A DNA stretch of 64,000 nucleotides from Myxococcota bacterium (GTDB lineage: Bacteria > Myxococcota_A > UBA796 > SXON01). Shown here piece by piece: positions 41,324-49,700 of this stretch. Each line of letters begins with the position of its first letter. The stretch's first letter is position 1. The stretch lies in contig JAZKFH010000009.1 of assembly GCA_040386535.1 (NCBI GenBank), forward strand, positions 32,001-96,000, written 5' to 3'. Under the pieces are notes generated by a model. The model was given only the letters and a program-made list of their open reading frames with translations. It was not told the DNA's origin and searched no databases. The position numbers and the translations under genes were made by a program.

Positions 41324-42517
41324 GTGGGCGTCCCCTATTGGCTCGACGGCGCCTCCTCCCTGGCGCCCCCCCTCGCGGGTGACATCACCGCGGACGTCGT
41401 GGTCATCGGCGCGGGGCTGTGTGGCGCCTCCGCGGCGCTGACGCTCGCGCGCGCCGGGATCGACACCGCGTGGGTTGATTCCGGAGCCGTGGCGCACGGC
41501 GCGTCCGGCCGGAACGCGGGCTTCCTCCTCCAGGGCACCGCCGAGCGGTACGTCCGCGCGATTGCCATCCATGGGCGGGAGCGCGCGCGGCGCGTCCATG
41601 CCCTCTCCCGGGAGAACCACCTCGCGATGACCGCCGAGATCGAGCGGCTCGGGCTCGCGTGCGGCTACATGCGCCGGGGATCGCTCCAGCTCGCCGGCAG
41701 CGTCGAGGAGGAGGGCGATCTGCTCGAGTCCGCCACACTCCTGCGAGAGGACGGTTTTCCGGCCGAGGAGCGCGGGCTGGACGCGCTCGGGTCCGCCCTC
41801 ACCGATGCCGGGTTCCGGCTCGGCGTACACCTCCCCGATGACGGCGAGCTGCAGCCTGCCGAGTTCGTACGCGGGGTCGCCCAGGCGGCCATGGCGCTCG
41901 GTGTCCGGCTGTACGAGCACACCCCCGTCACGACACTACACGCCGACGCCCCGGGAGACGTGCGCGCCGAGACCCCGTTCGGCACCATCCGCGCCCAGAT
42001 CGCCCTGGTGTGCACCAACGCGGCGGCGGGGCGCCTCCTGGCCGGGCTCGCCGGCACGATCGACCCCGTCCGGGGGCAGATGCTGGCCACGGCCCCTGCG
42101 CCCCCCCTCTTCGCGTGCCCAATCTACGCCGACCACGGCTACGACTACTGGCGGCAGGACGAACACGGGCGCATCGCGTTGGGCGGCTGGCGCAACCTCG
42201 ATCCCGAGGGCGAGGTCGGCGCGGACGAGCTGCTCCATCCGGTGATCCAGGCGCGCATGACCGAGTTCCTGCACCGCTTCGCCGCGCTTCGGGACGTGCC
42301 GGTCACGCATCGATGGAGCGGCACGATGGGGTTCTCGCGGGACGGCTTGCCGATGGTGGGCGCGGTCCCGGGCTCCCCCGGCGCCCTCGTGGCGGCCGGC
42401 TTCACGGGCCACGGGTTCGGGTTCGCGTGGGTGTGCGGGCGCGCGATCGCGGAGATGGTGACCGAGGGCCGCAGCGAGGTCGCCGAGCTCTTCCCGGCGC
42501 GCCGGTTCCGGGCCTGA
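41324..42517 (+). CDS. FAD-dependent oxidoreductase (DAO/PuuB-like)
   Basis: VVIGAGLCG, GASGRNAG, VRGQM, WSGTMG and GFTGHG. Confidence 0.92.
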   Translation: MGVPYWLDGASSLAPPLAGDITADVVVIGAGLCGASAALTLARAGIDTAWVDSGAVAHGASGRNAGFLLQGTAERYVRAIAIHGRERARRVHALSRENHLAMTAEIERLGLACGYMRRGSLQLAGSVEEEGDLLESATLLREDGFPAEERGLDALGSALTDAGFRLGVHLPDDGELQPAEFVRGVAQAAMALGVRLYEHTPVTTLHADAPGDVRAETPFGTIRAQIALVCTNAAAGRLLAGLAGTIDPVRGQMLATAPAPPLFACPIYADHGYDYWRQDEHGRIALGGWRNLDPEGEVGADELLHPVIQARMTEFLHRFAALRDVPVTHRWSGTMGFSRDGLPMVGAVPGSPGALVAAGFTGHGFGFAWVCGRAIAEMVTEGRSEVAELFPARRFRA

Positions 42518-42561
42518 AGCCTCCTCCCGACGCGCCGTACACCCTGCTGCGCGCGGGCAGC

Positions 42562-43596
42562 GTGCTCTCACGCGTCGCGGAGCTGTCCGGGCTCGTCCAT
42601 CGCCCCGTCGAGCGCGAGGTCGTCCCCGTCGTCACGCGTGGCGCAGCCGTCCCGCTCGATCCGGCCCTGCCGTTCACGGTCGTGTCGTGGAACATCCAGT
42701 ACGCGGGCACGCGGCGGCAGAAGTTCTTCTACGACGGCGGGGTCGCGGTCCACGTGCCCGAGGCGGACCGCGAGATCGGGCTCGCCGCCATCGCCGCGGA
42801 GCTCCGGGCGGCGAACGCGGACCTGGTCCTGCTCCAGGAGGTCGACCGTGACAGCGACCGCACCGGCCGTGTGGACGAGCTCGCCGCGGTGATCGACCGA
42901 GCGCCCTACGCCAACTTCGCGAGCGCCCCCTGCCACCGGAGCCGCTACGTCCCCGCCCCGAGCCACGCGCCGCTCGGACGCGTCGACATGCACGTCGCGC
43001 TGCTCGCGAGGTCGGCGCTCCGGTCGGCAGCCCGCGTCCAGCTTCCGCTCCTGCGCGAGCCTCGTTGGCGCCAGGCGTTCAACCTGAAGCGTTGCCTCCT
43101 GACTGCGCAGCTGCCGGTCGCTGGGTGGGAGCGCCCCCTCCACGTGGCCGTGACCCACCTCGCGGCGTTCTCGCGTGGCGACGGGACGCTCGCGCGCCAG
43201 GTCGCGGTCCTCGCCGAGTGGATGGAGGCGCGCGAGCAGGCAGGGGACCCCTTCGTGCTCGGGGGTGACCTCAACCTGCTGCCTCCCGGCGACGATCCGC
43301 GGCGGCTCGGCTGCGATGCCATCGAGTACGGGGACCATCCGAACCCCATCGAACGGCTCATCCCGCGCTTCCGAAGCGTCATCGAGCCGGCGCGTCTCCT
43401 CGAGCCCGGCAATGCGACCTATCTGCCGTGGGGAGCCGTCGTATCCGATAGGATGCTCGACTATGTCTTCGTGTCCGACGGTATCGAGGTCATCAAGGCC
43501 GGCCCCCTGACGCGCCCGGACCCGGTGTCCGACCACCATCCGCTCCGCGCGACGTTGCGCCTGGTCCGGCCTCCCGCCCGCGCAGGCGCGGGGTAG
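42562..43596 (+). CDS. Endonuclease/exonuclease/phosphatase (EEP) family protein; start may be CTG at 42514
   Basis: SWNIQY, LQEVD, THL, GGDLN, LDYVF and SDHHP. Confidence 0.9.
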   Translation: MLSRVAELSGLVHRPVEREVVPVVTRGAAVPLDPALPFTVVSWNIQYAGTRRQKFFYDGGVAVHVPEADREIGLAAIAAELRAANADLVLLQEVDRDSDRTGRVDELAAVIDRAPYANFASAPCHRSRYVPAPSHAPLGRVDMHVALLARSALRSAARVQLPLLREPRWRQAFNLKRCLLTAQLPVAGWERPLHVAVTHLAAFSRGDGTLARQVAVLAEWMEAREQAGDPFVLGGDLNLLPPGDDPRRLGCDAIEYGDHPNPIERLIPRFRSVIEPARLLEPGNATYLPWGAVVSDRMLDYVFVSDGIEVIKAGPLTRPDPVSDHHPLRATLRLVRPPARAGAG

Positions 43597-43719
43597 CCGA
43601 GCTCCCGGAACGCCGCCGTCTGCTCGTTTGTGCGATGTGGCCTTCGCCGAGGCCAAGCCGCTTCCCGTAGAGGTCCAGCCGAGGTAGCATAGGCCGAATC
43701 TCCTGCCCGGGAAGCGCTC

Positions 43720-46700
43720 ATGGCCCGTACCAAACAAGTCGCGAGAGACCGTCATCTTCCCCAGGCGGTCGGGCAGGAGGCGCCGGAACACGCGCAGGGT
43801 GGGAACCGTCGCAACGGCCCGTCGATGCCGCAAGCCGACGGTGGCGCGCTGACGGCGGGTGGCGCTCGTCGCATGGCTGGCGCCGCGGGCAACGCGTTCG
43901 CGGCGGACATGGTGGGTGGGAAGGGCGCCGCGCGTGGAGGCGCCTCGAAGAACGGCGGCATCCAGGTCAACGGCGAGGTCTCGGTAGGGACCGGCGGGCC
44001 GCAGGCATCGGCACAGATCTCGGGCGGGATCCAGGTCGGCGGCTTGCAGATCGGCGGGAACCTCCGCGTGGGCACCGGAGGCCGTGGCCCCGCTGCGCCG
44101 GCGATGAACGGCGGGGGCGCCGGTGCTCCGAACGGTCGCCCCGCGGCGGGCGGTGGCAACGGCGCGGCCGCGGCCCAGGGCGGCGGTGGGGACGACGTGG
44201 TGGCGGTCGGTGGCTTCCAGCTGAACGTGGCCACCTCCGGCGGAACGGGCGGCGGCACAGGTGGTGGTGGCGGCGCGGCGAACGGCGGTGGTGCGGCGAA
44301 CGGCGGCGGCACCGCGGGTGGTGGCGGCGCGGCAACGAACGGCGGGGGCACGGCGGGTGGCGGCACGGGCGCGCGGGGCGGACGTTCCGGCGCATCGGCC
44401 ACCGTGGGCGCATCTGCCACCGTCGGCACCGCGACCGTGGGCGTCTCTGCGACCGTGGCCACATCCAAGACCACGGGCACCACCGGCGCGGGCTCTACCG
44501 CGCGGGCGGGAACCGGCGGGTCGAGCGGCAACGCGGCCGGCGGGTCCCGCGCACCTCGGGGTGGCGCGACCGGTGGCAAGGGCGGGAAGGGCGGCGGCGC
44601 CCGCGCCGCGGGTGGTGGTGGTGGTGGCGGAAAGGCGGCACCGTCCGCGCCCGTCGCCGTCGGCAACACCGAGAGCGCGCAGGGCGCGATGAACGAGTTC
44701 CTGGGCGCCAGCCCGACCAAGCAGGCCAAGATGTGGTCGGGCGTCGGCGGCGCGGTCGACACCGGCATCCAGAAGGACGGCAAGGCGGTCCAGGACGCCG
44801 CGCCCGAGCTCCACGCCACCATGGGCGGCGGCGGCCAGGAGCAGGACGCCGACAAGACCAAGACCGAGGTGAAGGCCGGACAGGGCAAGATCGACGACAA
44901 GAAGCTCTCGCCCGACGCCCCGAAGGTCAAGGTCACCCCGACCGTCATCCCGCCCGCGCCCAAGGTCGACGGCGGCGCCGCGATGAAGGGCATGACCGCG
45001 GAGACCCCCGTCGCCGAGAAGAAGAAGGCGGCAAAGTCGACGATCCGGGCCATGTCCACCAACATGGACGGCATCCCGACCTCGGCGGGTGAGGCGCCGC
45101 GCGTCCAGCTCTCTGGGGACGCCGATCCCGCCAAGGCCGAGGCCAACCGCACGGACGCCGAGTCCCAGGCCCGCAAGGGCGGAGCCGACCTGCGTGCCGC
45201 CGTCGAGAACGGCCGCGGTCCCGACGCGGTGCAGCCCAAGGTGTTCGACGAGGCGAGCAAGATCCGCGATCTCGCGAAGGCCAAGGCCGACGCGAGCAAG
45301 CCCGTGAACGGCGTCGAGAAGTTCATGCAGATGGGCGTCCCGGCCGATGTCGACGCCGCGATCGACGAGAACCAGCAGGCGGTCATGGACACCGCTCTCG
45401 CCGAGGCCCGTGGCAAGATGGACGAGGCCGTCTCCACCAAGGACACGGATTCGAAGTCGGAGATCGAGAAGGCGAACACCGAAGCCGAGACGCTCCGCAC
45501 CCAGGCGGAGACCTCGCAGCAGTCCGAGGTGGCCAAGGCGCGCGGCGAGATCAGCGACGCGCGCGAAACCACGCTCAGCGAGCAGGAGAAGGCGGTCGCC
45601 AAGCTCGAGACCGACGCCGGCTCCAAGCAGAAGCAAGAGCTCGACGCCGTGCGGGCCCGCGTCACGCAGGACGAGGCCAAGATCGACAACGCCTACACCA
45701 AGGCGGAGACCGACGTCGACAAGAAGATCTCCGAGGGCGAGACCAAGGCCGAGGAGAAGAAGAAGAAGGCCGAGGAGGACGCTGACAACCAGTCCTGGTG
45801 GGACCGCGTCAAGTCCGCCGTGGCCGACGCGTTCAAGGCGCTGACCGACGCGATCAACGCCGTGCTCAACTGGGTGCGGGACGCGGTCAAGGCCATCCTC
45901 GACGGCGTGAAGAAGCTCGCGAGCGATCTGATCGACGCCGCGGCGAAGTGGGTCACCGACAAGCTCAAGGCCTTCGGCGACTGGCTCAAGTCCCAGGTCA
46001 CCGCGCTCCTCGGCTCCGTGTTCCCCGAGCTCGCGAAGAAGCTCAACGAGCTCATCGACAGCGCGGTCGAGTACGCGTGCGAGCAGGTCAACCAGTTCGC
46101 GGACGCGCTCAAGAAGGGCATCGCCGAGCTCTGCGACAAGATCGCCGGCGCGCTCGACGCGATCATCGCCCTCTACCAGTCGGCGGTGAACTTCGCGCTC
46201 GCGTTGGCCGAGGCCGCCCTGACCGGCAACTGGGCCAAGGTCGGCCAGATGGTGCTCGAGGGCATCCTCAAGCTCGCCGGCATCCCGCCGGAAGAGTTCT
46301 ACGCGATGGTCGGCAAGGGCGAGGACACCATCGGCAAGATCGCCGACGACCCGGGCGGGTTCCTCGGCAACTGCCTCGACGCGGTGGGCCAGGGCTTCGG
46401 CCAGTTCTCCGACAACTTCACCGACCATCTCCAGACCGGCTTCGTCTCCTGGATGACCGGCACCATGGGCGAGGCCGGCCTGACCATGCCGGAGTCGTTC
46501 GACCTGGCGGGCGTCTTCGACATCGCGACGCAGGTCATGGGTCTCACCAAGGACAACCTCCGCGAGAAGGCGGTCGACCGCATCGGCGAGGAGAACGTCG
46601 AGCGCGTCGAGTTCGTCTGGGGCTTCATCGACTCGGCGCTGCAGGGCGGGATGTCCGGCCTCTGGGACCACGTCAAGGACTCCCTCGGGAGCCTCAAGGA

Positions 46701-49700
46701 CGAGGTGATGGGCGCGATCCAGGACTTCTTGATGGAGAAGATCGTCAAGTCGGCCGTGATGAAGATCGCCTCGATGTTCAGCCCCGTGGGCGCCATCGTG
46801 CAGGCCATCCTGACCGCCTGGAACCTCTACGAGTTCCTGCGCGACCAGATCCAGCGCATCCTCGGCGTCGTCTCCGCCGTGATCAACTCCGTCTCCGACA
46901 TCGCCAACGGCAACATCGGCGGCGCCGCCGACATGATCGAGAACGCCCTCGGCAACCTCGTGCCTGTCGCCATCGATCTGCTCGCCAAGCTCCTCGGGAT
47001 CGGCGGCATCGGCGCCAAGGTCAAGGAGGTCATCGGCGGCATCCGCGCCAAGGTCGACGGCGCGATCGACAAGATGATCGACAAGGTCATCGGCCTGTTC
47101 TCGGGGAAGGGGAAGAAGGGCAAGGACGGCGAGGCCGACCAGGCCACGGATCCGGCAGCGGCCGACGACAAGGCTGCCGGCGAGAAGAAGGACGGCGGGG
47201 TCGCCAACGGCACCTTCGCCTTCGAGACACCCAAGCTCGTCGGTCGCGACGCCACGCTCGGCGCGGTGACCTACACCGTGACCGGCAGCGGCCGCGTCAA
47301 GAACGACAAGGGTGAGCTGGCCGAGTCCAACATCACGAGCGCGAAGTCCGAGGCGATGCAGTCGGTCACGTCCGCGGTCGGCAAGGCCGTCAACGCGACC
47401 GGCGTCACCAGCATCGCGGGCCAGCTCGGCGCGCTCTCCGACACGGCGAAGCTCTCCGCGAGCAAGGGCGTCGCGAACAGCGGCCTCTCGTTGGAGGCGC
47501 TCTCGATCACCGGGATCGTGTTGCCGCCCGACGTGCAGAAGGCGATCGACGCGAAGGGGGCGCAGAGCGTCGGCGTCGACGAGCCGATGACATTCACGGC
47601 CGCCGGGGAGACACACAAGTTGTGGGTCGACGGCGCGGGCACCCCCATGGTCGCATCCACCCCGATGACCGTGAAGGACCGCGTCGAGGGCTGGCGTGGC
47701 GTGCTCCGGACCAAGTCGGACGCGGAGAAGAAGGCCGCGGGCTCCGCCATCGGCCGCGCGATCGCCATCGAGCGCCAGGTCGCGAAGGTCGCCGGAGAGG
47801 TGACCGCCGGCACGAAGAAGAAAGAGGATCTCGACGCGAAGAAGGCTGAGCTCACGCCGGCGCTCGCCGAGCTGTTCAGCGTCCTGCCCGAGGAGATCAC
47901 CTCCCAGCCCAAGGAGATCGATCCGCTCCTGGCGAGCGCGCTCGGCGATCACCCCGACTCGGCGAAGGTCGCGGAGTACCTGAAGCCCGGGCTGACCGGC
48001 AAGACCGCGGACGAGATCGCCACCTACTTCAAGGGCTCGCCCGAGGCGATCCGGGCGGACGGGCGGAAGAAGTGGAAGGCGGCCGTCGGCCCGCAGCCCT
48101 TCGTGCACGCGATGGTCGACGTGTTCGGGGACGCCCAGGGCAAGCAGAAGCTGACCCAGGTCGACAACTACGAGGGCCGTTCGGATGCGGCGGGGCTCGG
48201 CGGCACGTTCTACGCCGCTCTCGCGGACGCCGCGTCGGACGGCAAGGCCCGCAACATGCTCTACCCGAACCCGATGCAGGCAGCAGCGAAGCCCCTCGCG
48301 TTGAAGGGCAAGGAGGTCGCGGTCTCCGGGTCACTCACCCGCGCGCACCCCCTCTCCGGCTGGTGGACCCACACCCTCGCGGACGACTACAAGACGCCCT
48401 ACCTCGCGGCCGAGGGCAACGACCAGAAGCGCGCCGAGAGCAAGTGGAAGGACGACTGTGTCCATGCCCGCCAACCCGAGATGGTCGGCCGCCTCAAGGG
48501 TGACATCCGGAGCGGCACCGGGGTCACCTGGTGGACCTCCGACGGTACCGGCATCGGCATCGTCAACAACCTCGCCGCGAGCGAGGCGGGCTTCGCCAAG
48601 ATCTGCCGGGTCGCGGCGCTGAAGCCGGACTGGTACCCCGAAGGCTTCATGGAGATCGACGTCCCGACCGCCGGGAGCAAGTTCACCAAGCCGACGCCGT
48701 ACGACGGCATGATGTCCGACCTGTGGGTCCAGTGCGAGAACGACTACTACGGCGTCACTGGCGGCGGCGCGATGGAGGTCGTCGCGGGCAACGTGTCGGC
48801 GAGCAAGGTCTCGGCGGTGCGGCCCCGCGCCATCTCGTCCGACTACGCCGCGGCGAACAAGGACATCGGCGCCAAGCAGCAGGTGCAGGGCACCGAGTCC
48901 GGCACCGTGCAGGACCAGTCGATCAGCGGCGTGAAGCCCGACGGCGTCGACACCTCGAACCCGACCAACCAGGGCGCCCTCGACCTGCGGACGGACGTGT
49001 TCTCCGACACGGCCAAGATGCAGAAGCAGTCCGAGCTGCAGAACGGGAACATCAGCCTCAAGTCGAAGTACGCCGTCGGCGCCGCGCCCGCGGGCTGGCG
49101 CGGCCAGGTGGTGAAGAGCGTCGCCTCGGCGACCGTCAACCCGGATGATCCGGGCCACACCTACCACATCCTCGAGGACGGCTCGGTCGTCTCCGAGTCC
49201 ACGCCCATGCTGGTGGACGCGGGCACCGCCGACAAGACGCGCAAGCGCAACGGGTTCACGCCCAAGACGAAGAAGAAGACGCCCGAGGAGGATCTCCGGG
49301 ACAGCGGGAAGCTGTCGTCCGAGGAGGTCGACGCGATGAAGGGCGCGCTGAAGAAGAACCCGGCCTCCCAGGAGGTCCTGCAGCCCGATGGGTCCAAGAA
49401 GCCCCAGGCGAAGCTCGAAACCGCGGACAAGCACGGCACGAAGATCACGTCGAACGACGAGAACGCGGACGGAACGAAGCGCGAACCGATGTCCGACAAG
49501 GAGAAGGACGCGCTGCTCAAGTGCCACGCCGTCCTCGCGGAGAAGAACAAGGCCGGGGCCGACATGCGCAAGGTCATCCCCAACTTCTCGCTCGGGAAGC
49601 AGCTCTCGGGCCAGAACCCCGGGCTCCGCGGCAGCGTGGGAGTCGCCCAGAACACGGACGGGCTGAACGCCGAGGAGAGCTGCGCGACGCTGGGTCTCGA

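Noticed and set aside
43662..43690. TTCCCG-N17-TAGCAT as promoter of the giant gene
   Set aside because: The -35 match is too weak to support without TSS data.
44569..44646. TGGKGGKGGG / GGKAAP resembling histone H4 and H3 tail segments
   Set aside because: Lies in a Gly-rich low-complexity tract where such matches arise easily, so it is not counted as independent evidence of mimicry.
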